Part shown: in pieces, positions 9,051 through 20,996 of the stretch
Position numbering within the stretch: the stretch's first letter is position 1
Layout of the letters: each line of letters starts with the position of its first letter
NCBI RefSeq assembly: GCF_004010195.1
Contig: NC_057754.1
Span: 10,362,973-10,408,875 of the forward strand
Direction of reading: 5' to 3'
From: Chiloscyllium plagiosum
Taxonomy: Eukaryota
DNA length: 45,903 bases
Position numbers and translations under genes: made by a program
Notes under the pieces: model-generated
The model's input: the letters and a program-made list of their open reading frames with translations, nothing else
What the model was told of the DNA's origin: nothing
Database searches by the model: none

Positions 9051-12000
9051 TATGATTTGGAGATGCCGGTGTTGGACTGGGGTGTACAAATTCGGAGCGA
9101 CGCTCCTTCATCAGGTGATTGTGGAGGGCTCGATCGTAACACAGAATTTATAGCAAAAATTTGCAGTGTGATGTAACTGAAATTATACATTGAAAAACTG
9201 ATTGTCTGTTAAGCCTTTCATCTGTTAGAATACAGTGATAGTTTCATTTCTTTCGTGTGTAAATCACAAAACCCTTATATTTAAAGTTGCATTCTTGGGT
9301 TAGCTGTTAACAATAGTGATAGCTAGACAATATATTGAAGGTGTTAGCCCCCTGTGTTCTCTGTCTATGACCTGATGTTCAGATTGATTCTAATCTAAAA
9401 AGTGAGATAACAGAGTTTTACATAAATTCATGCAGTTTTTGAGCTCAGAGTTCTACGTGAACGTATGCAGTTTTTGAGCAAAGTGCAATGTAACTCTGCA
9501 AGTACAAATTCACCCCACAAAATATATGTGTGCATGTGGGTCTTTGTCTGTCTATGTGTGTCTGTGTGTCTGTCTGGGGTGGGGGTTGTGAGTGTGAGAA
9601 AGTGTGTGTGTAGTGAGTGCAGAGTGTCTTAAGTCTGTGAGGGGGTGCATGTATGAGTGTGGGAGTGTGTGTGTCTGTAAGGGTGTGTGTGGGTGTCTGT
9701 GTGCGNNNNNNNNNNNNNNNNNNNNNNNNNNNNNNNNNNNNNNNNNNNNNNNNNNNNNNNNNNNNNNNNNNNNNNNNNNNNNNNNNNNNNNNNNNNNNNN
9801 NNNNNNNNNNNNNNNNNNNNNNNNNNNNNNNNNNNNNNNNNNNNNNNNNNNNNNNNNNNNNNNNNNNNNNNNNNNNNNNNNNNNNNNNNNNNNNNNNNNN
9901 NNNNNNNNNNNNNNNNNNNNNNNNNNNNNNNNNNNNNNNNNNNNNNNNNNNNNNNNNNNNNNNNNNNNNNNNNNNNNNNNNNNNNNNNNNNNNNNNNNNN
10001 NNNNNNNNNNNNNNNNNNNNNNNNNNNNNNNNNNNNNNNNNNNNNNNNNNNNNNNNNNNNNNNNNNNNNNNNNNNNNNNNNNNNNNNNNNNNNNNNNNNN
10101 NNNNNNNNNNNNNNNNNNNNNNNNNNNNNNNNNNNNNNNNNNNNNNNNNNNNNNNNNNNNNNNNNNNNNNNNNNNNNNNNNNNNNNNNNNNNNNNNNNNN
10201 NNNNNNNNNNNNNNNNNNNNNNNNNNNNNNNNNNNNNNNNNNNNNNNNNNNNNNNNNNNNNNNNNNNNNNNNNNNNNNNNNNNNNNNNNNNNNNNNNNNN
10301 NNNNNNNNNNNNNNNNNNNNNNNNNNNNNNNNNNNNNNNNNNNNNNNNNNNNNNNNNNNNNNNNNNNNNNNNNNNNNNNNNNNNNNNNNNNNNNNNNNNN
10401 NNNNNNNNNNNNNNNNNNNNNNNNNNNNNNNNNNNNNNNNNNNNNNNNNNNNNNNNNNNNNNNNNNNNNNNNNNNNNNNNNNNNNNNNNNNNNNNNNNNN
10501 NNNNNNNNNNNNNNNNNNNNNNNNNNNNNNNNNNNNNNNNNNNNNNNNNNNNNNNNNNNNNNNNNNNNNNNNNNNNNNNNNNNNNNNNNNNNNNNNNNNN
10601 NNNNNNNNNNNNNNNNNNNNNNNNNNNNNNNNNNNNNNNNNNTTGGCATATTGGGGTGCAAATTTGGTCCCCATGGCTGTTCCGTGTGTCTGGATGAAGA
10701 ATTGGTTGTCAAAGGTGAAGACGTTATGATCGAGGATAAAGCGGATGAGTTGTCGGACGGTGTTTGGAGACTGGCAGTTGTTGGTGTTGAGTACTGAGGC
10801 TGTTGCTGCGATGCCATCCTTGTAGGGGATGCTAGTGTAGATGCGGAAACATCCATTGTGACGAGGAATGTTCCCGGTTCGACTGGTCCGTGGGTGCTGA
10901 GTTTCTGTAAGAAATCCATAGTGTCGCGACAGAAGCTGGCGATCCCCTGTACAATAGGTTTCAAGATGCCTTCCACATAGCCAGTTTTCACCCAAAACAT
11001 ATTAAAACAGCCATTCCCTATGGACAAGCCCTACGCATACACCGGATCTGCTCAGATGAGGAAGGACGTGATGGACACCTGGAAGTACTCAAGCTTGCCC
11101 TCACAAGAATGGCGTACGATGCTCAACTCATCGACGGCCAGTTCCGACGTGCCACAGCAAGGAACCGTAATGACCTCCTCAGGAGACAGACAGGTGCTGC
11201 AACCGACAGGATACTCTTCGTTTACGCCATGTTCTTCGTGACCTGCAACACATTATCAATGAGGATGAGCACCTCACCAAGACCTTCCCCACACCTCCAC
11301 TACTTGCCTTTAAACAACCGCCAAACCTCAAACAGATCATTGTTTGGAGCAAACTGCCCGGCTGTCAGGACAACTCCATACAATCCTGTCACGGTGGATG
11401 CTGCAAGACATGTCAGATTGTGGACGTAGATACCACTATTACACGTGGGAACACCTCCCACCTTGTACATGGCAAGTACTCATGTGACTCAGCCAATGTT
11501 GTCTATCTTACACGTTGCAGGCAAGGATGCCCGGAGGCATGGTACATTGGGGAAACCAAGGATGCCCGGAGGCATGGTACATTGGGGAAACCGAGCAAAA
11601 GCTACGACAACGGATGAATGGGTACCGCACAACAATCAACAGACAGGAGGGTTCCCTCCCAGTTGGGGAACACTTCAGTGGTCCAGGACATTCAGCCTCG
11701 GACCTTCGGGTGACCATCCTCCAAGGTGGACTNNNNNNNNNNNNNNNNNNNNNNNNNNNNNNNNNNNNNNNNNNNNNNNNNNNNNNNNNNNNNNNNNNNN
11801 NNNNNNNNNNNNNNNNNNNNNNNNNNNNNNNNNNNNNNNNNNNNNNNNNNNNNNNNNNNNNNNNNNNNNNNNNNNNNNNNNNNNNNNNNNNNNNNNNNNN
11901 NNNNNNNNNNNNNNNNNNNNNNNNNNNNNNNNNNNNNNNNNNNNNNNNNNNNNNNNNNNNNNNNNNNNNNNNNNNNNNNNNNNNNNNNNNNNNNNNNNNN

Positions 12001-12387
12001 NNNNNNNNNNNNNNNNNNNNNNNNNNNNNNNNNNNNNNNNNNNNNNNNNNNNNNNNNNNNNNNNNNNNNNNNNNNNNNNNNNNNNNNNNNNNNNNNNNNN
12101 NNNNNNNNNNNNNNNNNNNNNNNNNNNNNNNNNNNNNNNNNNNNNNNNNNNNNNNNNNNNNNNNNNNNNNNNNNNNNNNNNNNNNNNNNNNNNNNNNNNN
12201 NNNNNNNNNNNNNNNNACAATCAATTTTTCAATGTATAATTTCAGTTACGTCACACTGCAAATTTTTGCTATAAATTCTGTGTTACGCTCGAGCCCTCCA
12301 CAATCACCTGATGAAGGAGCATCGCTCCGAAAGCTAGTGTGCTTCCAATTAAGCCTGTTGGACTATAACCTGGTGTTGTGTGATTTC
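9051..12387. mobile_element. Penelope-like element, subfamily B, large fold-back structure
   Basis: Minus arm: RT (LVTMDVS, YTSIP, GTAMGTKFAPQYA at 10643-10985) and pLTR 9051-9705. Plus arm: thumb and GIY-YIG (VVYL..C...C...YIGETEQKLRQRMNG) and pLTR 12217-12387. TSD taccttaaaac at 9040-9050 and 12388-12398. Confidence 0.85.
12305..12339 (+). ncRNA. Minimal type I hammerhead ribozyme motif (subfamily B), intact
   Basis: CAC-CTGATGA-a-GGAGC-atc-GCTCC-GAAA-GCTA-GTG: stem I CAC/GTG, 5-bp stem II, palindromic AGCT stem III, CUA triplet ending at 12336. Confidence 0.8.
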
Positions 12388-12600
12388 TACCTTAAAACCA
12401 TTTTATATCCCTTTTCACAATCACAAACAAGTGCTTTGTCTTTTGCATTGGGCCTCTGCACCAACTACAGTCTATCCTCTGTCTTGTCCACGAAAGTAAA
12501 AAGTCATTTTACAACACTTTTCAGTTTTGAAGAAGCCATATAAGATTTGAAAAATTAACTCTGCTTCTCATTCCACAGATGCGGCCATATCTACTGAGTT

Positions 12601-12822
12601 AGGAGAAAGTGAGGACTGCACATGCTGGAGATCAGTCAAAGAATATGGTGCTGGAAAAGCACAACCAGTCAGACAGCGTCCGAAGAGGAGGAGAGTCGAC
12701 GTTTTGAGCGCAAGCTCTTCATCAGGAATGAGCACTTCCTGATGAAGGGCTTAATGCTTGAAACATAGAGTCTCCTGCACCTCGTATACTGCCTGACCGA
12801 CTATGATTTTCCAGCACCATGC
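12601..12822. mobile_element. Short fold-back PLE pLTR insertion (subfamily A)
   Basis: Inverted arms centred at ~12733; TSD ctactgagtt at 12591-12600 and 12823-12832. Confidence 0.85.
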
Positions 12823-13082
12823 CTACTGAGTTTCTCCACCAGACTCTTGTTTGTAGCAGTTTTCCAACACACAAAGCTTTTTGCTTTTATTTTAACAAAT
12901 GCTTGCCCAAGTCTTGGACCTACATACCATCTGCCTGTTTCCATTTAAAAGCAGGAGCTAGGAAAATCTATTACAGCCGGTAAATTAGGCAGCAAAGTAT
13001 ATGGACGTGGAATTTGTGGAAAGAAGTAAATGGCAGAGAGAAAAGTGTATGTGCAGGAGGAATTGCAAATTTGTGCAAGAAT

Positions 13083-13975
13083 CTTTTTATTTCAAAAGTG
13101 TAATTTATTCATGAAAAAAATACATACATAGTTACGAAAGAAATTCCATTTTGTACAATGGCAAATAAAGAAATCAAAAGAAAATTGGAGTTGGACTCTA
13201 TCTAATAAACAAAATAAATATAAATATTATATTTACATATATCTGAGGCATCGGGAGAGTTCTGAAAAATTAACTTTTACAGAAAGACCTTACACGGTGG
13301 TCCTTCTCACTGTGCTTTGATGGCAGCTGCCCCAAGCTTTACTGCATTCCTCAGCATGTAGTCCTCAACCTTTGAATGTGCCAGTTTGCAACACTCTGTC
13401 GGGGTCAGCTCCTTGTTCTGGAAGACCAACAAGTTTTGGGCAGACAAAAGAGCATCTTTCACAGAATTAATGGCAGTTGATGTTTGTCTCTGTGTGCATC
13501 CTAGGGAACAGACTGTAGAGCACAGAGTCCCATGTCACGGAGCTACTCGGGACAGACCTCGACAAAAACCACTGCATCTTTCTCCAGACTTCCTTTACAA
13601 AGGCACATTCTAGAAGGAGATATGTAATGGTCTCTTCCCCCATGCAGCCACTTTGAGGGTAATGTGTGGTGGCACAGACTGGGCATACATGAAGGATCTC
13701 ATAGGTAATGCCTCTTTCACCACCAGCCAAGCAATATCTTAGTGCTTGTTGGAGAGTTCTGATGATGAGGCACTCAGCCAAATGACTTTGACAGTCTGCT
13801 CAGGGAACCATGCGAGAGGATCCACCCTCTCCTTTTCCAGCAGGGTCTCAAAGGTGCTTCGTGCTGACCACTTCCTGATGGGCTTGTGATCAAAGGTGTT
13901 TTTCTTTGCAAACGTCTCCATGAAGGATATGTGATATGGAAAGGTCCAACTAGTTCCTTTCAAAACCATCAAGAA
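13083..13975 (-). mobile_element. Tx1/L1-like LINE 3' fragment (older copy)
   Basis: KKNTFDHKPIRKWSARS and GCMGEETITYLLLECAF (C-terminal CCHC region), homologous to 44577-45903; AATAAA and A-rich tail on minus strand. Confidence 0.75.
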
Positions 13976-14169
13976 CACAGCAGCCCCGAATCCTATATTG
14001 CAAGCAACACAGTCATCGCTCTCGCTCTAACCCAGAGCAGCATTTTGCTTCCTAGCTTTCCTGGGATCTAGCCGCCATTGGCTGGGCCACAGCAGACTTT
14101 GTCCAGCCCTACCCACCTTTCAACTGAGTGACTTGTCAGGGCAGTTAGAAATCAGCCAGTACTCTGAAC

Positions 14170-14690
14170 AGGTCTGGTCTCCGTGTTACAGGAAGGATAT
14201 TGTTGAGCTGGGGACAGTTCAGAAGAAATTTCCTCGGATGTTGGCAAGAATGGAGGGTTTGAGTTGTAAGGAGGGGCTGGATAGACTGATACGTTTTTCA
14301 CTGGAGCGTAGGAGGTTGAGGGGTGACCTTACAGAGGTTTATAAAATCATGAGGGGCACAGACAAAGTGAATAGTAGGTGTCTTTTCCTTAGGGTGGGGA
14401 TTTCATGACTAGGGGCATATTTTTAAGGTGAAAAGGGAAAGATTTAAAAAACACAAGAGGGGCAATTTGTTTTTACACTGAAAGTGGTTTGTGTGTGGAA
14501 TGAGCTTCCAGAGGAAGTGGTGGATGCAGGCACAGTTACAAAGATTAAATGACATTTGGACAGGTGCATGAACAAGAAATATTTGGAGGGATATGGGCCA
14601 AGAACAAACAGGTGGGACTAGTTTAGTTTGGGATTTTGTTCAGCATGGACTGGTTGGACCGAAGGGTCTGTTTCTGCGCTGTATGACTCT
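14170..14690 (+). mobile_element. CR1 LINE 3' fragment
   Basis: WSPCYRKDI..RRLRGDLTEVYKIMRG and tail ctgtatgactct. Confidence 0.9.
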
Positions 14691-15337
14691 CCAACCACAT
14701 TGCTCTGGGTCCAGTATTACATGTAGGCCAGACCAGTTACGGGCAGTAGATTTCTTTCTTGGATAAGCAATGATGGTTGCCGCAGTCTCCATTATACGTG
14801 ATTAGTTTTTTCGGTTCAGATTCGTGGATTAAATTTCAATCCCAGCAGCTGCTGTCCCCAGAACTTGCGCCTGGGCCTCTGGATTCCTCATTCAGTGAGT
14901 TGACTACAGCTTGATCCCTGGCTTGCCTCACATCAAAACTGACCCCCCCCCCATTCCCCATCCAAACCTCAAGTCCATTGTGAGGGAGTTTTCAAAAGTA
15001 CAGTAGACACCAACACCAGCTACAGTAGGGGATAGTGTTGGGGCCAGGGTAATTTACAATGTAGTTGTTGTAATCATCCTGTTTGACTAGGTTACAACGC
15101 ACTGCTTGGGCCTGGTGTGACTTGAACCCGGGCCTCATGAGCCCTTTATTCACAATCTGTATTCGTGACTTTGACGCAAGGGAGAGGAGCTATCACCAAG
15201 TTTGCCGATGCCATAAAAGTAGGTGGTGTGGGTAAAAAAAACTTGGCAGATGGGATGTAATGTGGGGTGATGCACTCGCCAGGAAGAGGAGCTGAATATT
15301 ATTTAATTGGAGAAAGACTGCAGAAAATTACAGAGCG

Positions 15338-15638
15338 GGCAAAGTCTTTTCCCTGGGGTGGAGGAGTCCAGAACTAGAGGGGCATGGGTTTAGTGTGAGA
15401 GGAGAAAGATATAAAAGAGAACTAAGGGGCAACTTTTTCACGCAGAGGATGGTACGTGTATGGAATGAGCTGCCAGAGGAAGTGGTGGAGGCTTGTACAA
15501 TTACAACATTTAAGAGGCATTTGGATGGGTATATGAATAGGAAGGGTTTGGAGGGATATGGGCCAGGTGCTGGCAGGTGGGACTAGATTGGGTTGGACCG
15601 AAGGGTCTGTTTCCGTGCTGTACATCTCTATGACTCTA
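15338..15638 (+). mobile_element. CR1 LINE 3' end
   Basis: RGNFFTQRMVRVWNELPEEVVEA and tail ctctatgactctat. Confidence 0.9.
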
Positions 15639-15644
15639 TTTATT

Positions 15645-15860
15645 TGTAGCAATCTGTGGCAGCAAGGCCAGTCCCATCTTTCACAACACTAAGGACAGGT
15701 AGAACCTCAGTATGTCCTGACACTTGGTGTTTGCATATTGAGGAACTGCACACAGCTTGATGCAGCCAAGCAGCGTTGCCATCATGATGAGGGCAACATT
15801 GGGGACAGTCTCCCCTCTCCATGCAGAGCTTTGTACATGGTGTCCCTGTGAAAGTGGTCC
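15645..15860 (-). mobile_element. Tx1/L1-like LINE internal fragment
   Basis: ggacaggtagaacctcagta..gacacttggtgtttgc..cacagcttgatgcagcca matches 45559-45635. Confidence 0.7.
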
Positions 15861-15865
15861 ATCTT

Positions 15866-15966
15866 AAATAGAAAAAGAAATTGCTGCAAAAGCTCAGCAG
15901 GTCTGGCAACACCTATGGAGAGATATCAGAGTTAAAGTTTCGGGTCGAATGATCCTTCCTCAGAAC
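15866..15966 (-). mobile_element. PLE pLTR fragment, subfamily C, with hammerhead-like core
   Basis: Minus strand gtt-CTGAGGA-a-GGATC-attc-GACCC-GAAA-cttt-aac (15931-15966); stem I GTT/AAC; stems II and III mutated. Confidence 0.65.
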
Positions 15967-16309
15967 ACGGATCTTACATAGATCAGTGCAGGAATTACAT
16001 AGGGGAGGCATAATCGCATGAGAACAAGTGCAAAATGGCTTAATGTGAATAGCACGTTAATTGGAGGGGCTATCAGTGGGCTGAGAGAAAAAAAATCTTA
16101 TTTATTTACTTATTTATTTTACTTGTCTTAGTCCTAAATGACATTTCCCCACCCCACCCCGTACAAACAGGGACTAAAATCTTCCTTGTATCCACCCCGT
16201 CTCTCCCTTTAGGTGGTTTGCAGGGATTTCAATGAGATTCCCTCTCAGAAAGAGAGGAGGAAAATGAATAGATTTTACAAAGTGACCTCCCCTCCCCCAG
16301 AATCTGAGC

Positions 16310-16630
16310 TGGGCCAGGAAGAGGGGGGGAGGGGCAACCCATCGAACGGCTTCTCTGGCCCGCGCAGGCAACCCGTCGCCCTGGAAACCTCGGCTCGAGG
16401 AGGGAGAAGAGGGGGCGAGATACCGGGTGCGGGCGGGGCTGCCGTGTCGCGTGCATGTCGCCGCCCAGCACCGTGATTCCATTGGCTGTTTCTACTATCA
16501 ATCGTGTCAACGGACCAATAGAAAAGGTTCGGACGCAGGAAGCCTCCGTCCTCCAGCCAATCAGAGCCTCATATTGTCTGAATGTGGACGTTGGACAATG
16601 AGTTTCTGAAGCTGCTCCGCAAAGGCGCAG
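16310..16630. promoter_or_regulatory. CpG-island promoter with three CCAAT boxes, GC box and X-box-like site
   Basis: CpG-rich non-TE tract; ATTGG 16481-16485, CCAAT 16515-16519 and 16557-16561, GGGCGGGG 16431-16438, GTCGCCCTGGAAAC 16375-16388; ~1 kb upstream of the second ZNF exon. Confidence 0.7.
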
Positions 16631-17576
16631 CTGGTGCTCCTCTGTCTCTCTGAATGAAAATTGAGCTTCACCCAGGCTGAAACCTCCTCTTCTATCTGAC
16701 CTCTGTGAGCACAATGCTTTATTTTCTCTCCCTTTCCACTCAATTTCTCGTGGTGCTAGACCTAATTTTAGGGACTGAACCCAGAGAGCTAACAAGTGTA
16801 GTAGGGAAGCAATTTGGTGAGAGCGATCATAATACAAAGATTTAAGATAGTCATGGAAAAGGACAAAGATGGGGCAGAAATAAATATTCTGAATTGGTGG
16901 CAGACCAGTTTGATGAGACATTTTGATATGATAAAATAGCACCTTGCCAAAGTGGCTGGGAGCAACTACTTGTAGGTAAACTTAAAATAGAACAGTGGGA
17001 GTCTTTCCAAAAGGAGAAGGGTGGGAGCCACAGTCCAGAGAATTCTGGATGTACAGGATTGGATAAGGAAAACAACGGAAAACGTATGGAAGATACTGAG
17101 GGCTCAGAACATCATAAGTTTTCAAGACATATTGAAAATGCAGTAGGTTACTTTAAACGAAATGAGGAAAGTGAAAAGGAGCATGAAAAAAATGCATTGG
17201 TAGGTATAGTAAAGAAGGAAATCCTGGACAGGTTGAAGGAATAATCTTCATAATTGTGCTTTTAATATCACAGTCAGATTCAGATACAAGGATAATATCT
17301 GCTATCCTGTGTGTTTGGTCAGATTGCTTGAGATTTTAACACACAAGTAATAATTAAACTATTAAATTCTCCAGTTGTAAATAATTGTAAAACAATATGG
17401 AAAAAAAATCTACAATTTTATTTGGATTTCTGACCAAGAAGGAGGGAGGTTTAGAGGGATTGGGATTTACAGCTTTGGGGACCAAGAAGAAAAATTGTTC
17501 CACAGAATCTGGAATTATCCGTTCTGAATTTCTATCCTATTCTGACAGTGATAACCTTTGTAAACTCCTTTTCCAG

Positions 17577-17878
17577 TAGATTAGGAGAGGATTAGAAACA
17601 GCCAAACCAAACATCATCAAGATCTGATAGAAACCACTTGATTCATCAGGAGCTGAATATGATCAGTATTTGAATGTGTTCATCTGGTTTATCAGTGGGA
17701 CGATATTTCAAACACCAGTGTGACTGGAAAAACACCGAGATAAATACACACGAGTGTTCCAGTGAACTGACTGGAAAGAGCTTTAACCAGTTGCACAGCC
17801 TGAAAGAAATCACATCATTCACAGCAGGAGAAACCATACAGTTTGTCAACAAGAGAGCGACACAAGGACAACGGCACT
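17577..17878 (+). other. Putative 5' part of the ZNF exon made of dead zinc fingers, after a splice acceptor
   Basis: ctccttttccAG (AG 17575-17576); remnants [23 protein letters not shown]; homologous to 2866-3239. Confidence 0.6.
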
Positions 17879-18637
17879 ATGGAGAAACCATGGAAATGTG
17901 GGGACTGTGGGAAGGGATTCAAATACCCATCCCGGCTGGAAACTCATCGACGCAGTCACACTGGGGAGAAACTGTGGAAATGCGAGGACTGTGGAAAGGG
18001 ATTCAATTACCCATCTCGGCTAGAATCTCATCGACACAGCCATACTGGAGAGAAGCTGTTCACCTGCACTGTGTGTGGGAAGGGATTCAGTCAGTCAGCC
18101 AATCTGCTAAAACACCAGCTTATTCACACTGAGGAGAGGCCTTTCTGCTGCAGAGACTGTGGAAGGAGGTTCAGGCAGTCATCCAACCTCACTACACACC
18201 AACGGGTTCACACTAAGGAGAGACCATTCATCTGCTCCGTGTGTGGGAAGGGATTCATTCAGTCAGCTACCCTGCTGACACACCAGCGTATTCATTCTGA
18301 TGAGAGGCCATTCAGCTGCAGTTACTGTGGGAAGAGGTTCAGGAATTCAGGCCACCTCACTGTACACCACCGAACTCACACTGGGGAGAAGCCATTTATC
18401 TGCTCCCAGTGTGGCAAGGGATTCACTGATTCATCTGCCCTGCTGACACACCAGCGAATTCACACCGGACAGAGGCCATTCACTTGCACTGAGTGCGGGA
18501 AAGGGTTTGCTCATTCATCGAATCTAGTGGTACATCAGCGAGTTCACACTGGGGAGAGGCCGATCACCTGCACTGAGTGTGGAGAGGGATTCACTCAGTC
18601 ATCCCAACTGCTCAGACACAAGCAAGATCACAAGTGA
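17879..18637 (+). CDS. C2H2 (Kruppel-type) zinc-finger protein, 9 fingers, 252 aa
   Basis: First in-frame ATG at 17879 (actATGg; [14 protein letters not shown]); nine intact fingers with TGEKPF-like linkers; ends HK*. The ORF-track start at 17843 is TTG. Confidence 0.9.
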   Translation: MEKPWKCGDCGKGFKYPSRLETHRRSHTGEKLWKCEDCGKGFNYPSRLESHRHSHTGEKLFTCTVCGKGFSQSANLLKHQLIHTEERPFCCRDCGRRFRQSSNLTTHQRVHTKERPFICSVCGKGFIQSATLLTHQRIHSDERPFSCSYCGKRFRNSGHLTVHHRTHTGEKPFICSQCGKGFTDSSALLTHQRIHTGQRPFTCTECGKGFAHSSNLVVHQRVHTGERPITCTECGEGFTQSSQLLRHKQDHK

Positions 18638-19779
18638 CTGCAGGGAATGGATTCTGTTCTGAACCATAATGAGGACTGAGCCCCTTACATCCTGACAGTT
18701 TGGATTTCTTTCTGCTGCTGTTAATAATTCTTGTATCTGGATAGGAGTTTAACATTTTGCATCGATGGCTGATTTTATTCTTGTGACTACAATGTCCTTT
18801 TAAGAACCACTGTATATGATCTTTCTCCGTAATTCAGGAACAACAGTACTCTGAACTCAATCCTAAATTTTAATTTGCTACAAATTCTACATTCAGTGTC
18901 TGAAAGGTTCCACTGATTGATGTCTCCAATGAGAAAGTGCTGATGCATTCTTGCTCACAATTCTCAGTGACCTGTGCATTCCCACAGAGCAGGAAGAAAG
19001 GGAATGGGAATTGGTGGAGAATCAAGAATCTCCAAATATTACCCCTCTGTCTGGTACAGAAATCCCCTCAGCACAGGAATGGAGATAAATCCAATCCGAG
19101 TAACGGGATGGAGCGAATCATTGTATAATAACCTTGCAAAACTTTCAGAAATGTTTTGAATTTTATAGAAATAGCCCCCACTCAGTTTCTTTAATGAAGG
19201 ATGCTTCCATCAGCCTATTAGCTGACAGGCCATATCTCCAACACAAACCCTGAAGCAAGGCATTTCTAACCCTGATGTTTGCGAATGGCTCAGGAAATTC
19301 AGCTGTCTGTGCAAAGGTGCAAACTGGTCTCCAGGTGAAAAGAATCCCTCTCGACAGGAAAACAATTTTGATGTGATCCAGGCTGGCTCCAGCCCAAACC
19401 CCACCCTCTAGCTCACATGAGGAAACTTGATCAGAGAACACTACTACCAGATATAGAGACCAGCAGCCACTGCACCTCATTGATTTGTCCTTTGGAATTG
19501 GTAAGCTGCTCTTGCCTGTCACGGGATGTAAGCCTGTTGTATCTATTTAGCTAATGCTTCAGCTTTAAACTATTTCTTTGCAATAAGCTACTTTAAAATC
19601 ACTTGAGCTAAAATGCATTTTCAGGTAACCTGTGACTCCTGACCTAAACCTTGCAATTGGTGTGAGATTACAGTGGTTGACGTCATAGTCTTGAGAAACT
19701 GCAGGTCTTTTGAACAAAAATGGCAATGTTCTGAAACAAAGTCAAGCGTATACAATGGCTTTGCCATATTACAGGAAAC

Positions 19780-20260
19780 AATTAACAGAGAAAAGAGACG
19801 TGCTGTGGGTAAGAGATATCCTGGGAATCATACCAGATTGCAACAGGAATTACCGTGGTTTCCCAATGGCTTTCTAAATGTAATGAAAAAGGAAGTGTAT
19901 CTAGAACCATTTCCTAAAACTGCATGCTGTGGATCCAACCAAGGATCAGGCTCATTTAGATCTGGTCATATGTAAAGAGGCAGGTTTTATCAATAATCTT
20001 AAGAAAAAGATCCATTTGAAAACAATGACCATAACATGGTGGAATTGAGCATTCCGTTTGAAAGGAAGAAATTTGGATCAGGTGCAACTTAAACAAGGGG
20101 AATTACAAAGGAACGAGAACAGAGATGGCTTGGCAGAGAAGATAGTAAATAAACAGTGGCAGAGGTTTAGAAGTCATGACTTGGAATAAAAACAATGCTC
20201 AGTGACAAAGGAGAATTTGAAGAAGGGGATAAACTAACCATGATTAACCATAGAAGTTAA
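19780..20260 (+). mobile_element. Old CR1-like ORF2 N-terminal remnant
   Basis: LDLVIC and NDHNMVE-like endonuclease motifs, KGNYKG, KLTM(PW)LT remnants; highly decayed. Confidence 0.55.
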
Positions 20261-20261
20261 T

Positions 20262-20610
20262 CATAGAATCCCGACAGTGTGGAAACAGGCCATTTGGCCC
20301 AATGGGTCCACACTGACCCTCCGAAGAATGACCCACCCAGACCCATCCCTTACCATATCACTCTATATTTCCCCTGACTAATGCAACTAACCTACACATC
20401 CCTGTACGCTATAGGCAATTTAGCATGGCCAACCCACCTAGCATGCACATCTTTGGAAGGTGGGAGGAAACTGGAGCACCCAGAGGAAACCCACACAGAC
20501 ACGGGGAGAATGTGCAAACTCCACATAGACAGTCACCCGAGGGTAGATTCGAACCCAGGTTCCTGGCATTGTGAGGCAGCAGTGCTAACCACTGAGCTAC
20601 CATGCCGCCC
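20262..20610 (-). mobile_element. HE1-like V-SINE, full length
   Basis: Minus strand begins gggcggcatggtagctcagtggttagcactgctgcctcac with B box ggttcgaatc; V-domain-like core and tail. Confidence 0.85.
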
Positions 20611-20661
20611 TAGTATTGAATCAGTTTGAAACTAAAAAAATTGCAAATATTAGTGGTAAGC

Positions 20662-20996
20662 AAGATGGCGACAGCGGGGTAGGCAACATTCAGCTCTTGA
20701 GCCTGGGGTTCGACTGCTCCTGGACAGCATAGAGATGGCACTGTACAGCGGAGCCCACTGCATCTACACTTTTTTCAATCTTTCCCAATCTTTTTCTCAT
20801 TAGCATTACTTTTTGATGGGCTCAGTCTTGGCAGGAGTGGCAGCAGAGACAGGAGGCATCAGCAGTGGGTAAGGCCCAGAGCAAGATTCATCTCGGACAC
20901 GGCTAACAGCGGACCTCGAGTCACCAGTCGTAACTCTTTGCATTCTTCATGTATTTCGGTACACGTGACAATAAATCTAATATAAATCTAATCTAA
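20662..20996 (+). mobile_element. Short non-autonomous retroposon, possibly Rex1/Babar-related
   Basis: Starts aagatggcg and ends cacgtgacaataaa(tctaa)n; interrupts a CR1-like phrase (attagtggtaagc / gaggattgggaaagtttt). Confidence 0.4.

Noticed and set aside
11522..11592. 35-bp tandem duplication in the GIY-YIG region
   Set aside because: Ordinary slippage or assembly artefact in a dead TE copy.
9445..12543. Long ORFs of 180-516 aa in the ORF track
   Set aside because: They run through N gaps; only the PLE-derived parts are meaningful. The same applies to 43703-44621.
16174..16942. ORFs of 60-237 aa over the CpG island
   Set aside because: Explained by GC-rich stop-codon depletion; no recognisable domain.
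17843..17878. ORF-track start of the second ZNF
   Set aside because: It is a TTG codon; the ATG at 17879 has good context.
19160..19660. Possible solo LTR or 5' LTR of the Gmr1 element
   Set aside because: No visible similarity to 25126-25767 and no clear TG..CA ends or TSD.
20540..20610. tRNA-like A and B boxes at SINE heads
   Set aside because: Part of HE1-like SINEs, not tRNA genes.
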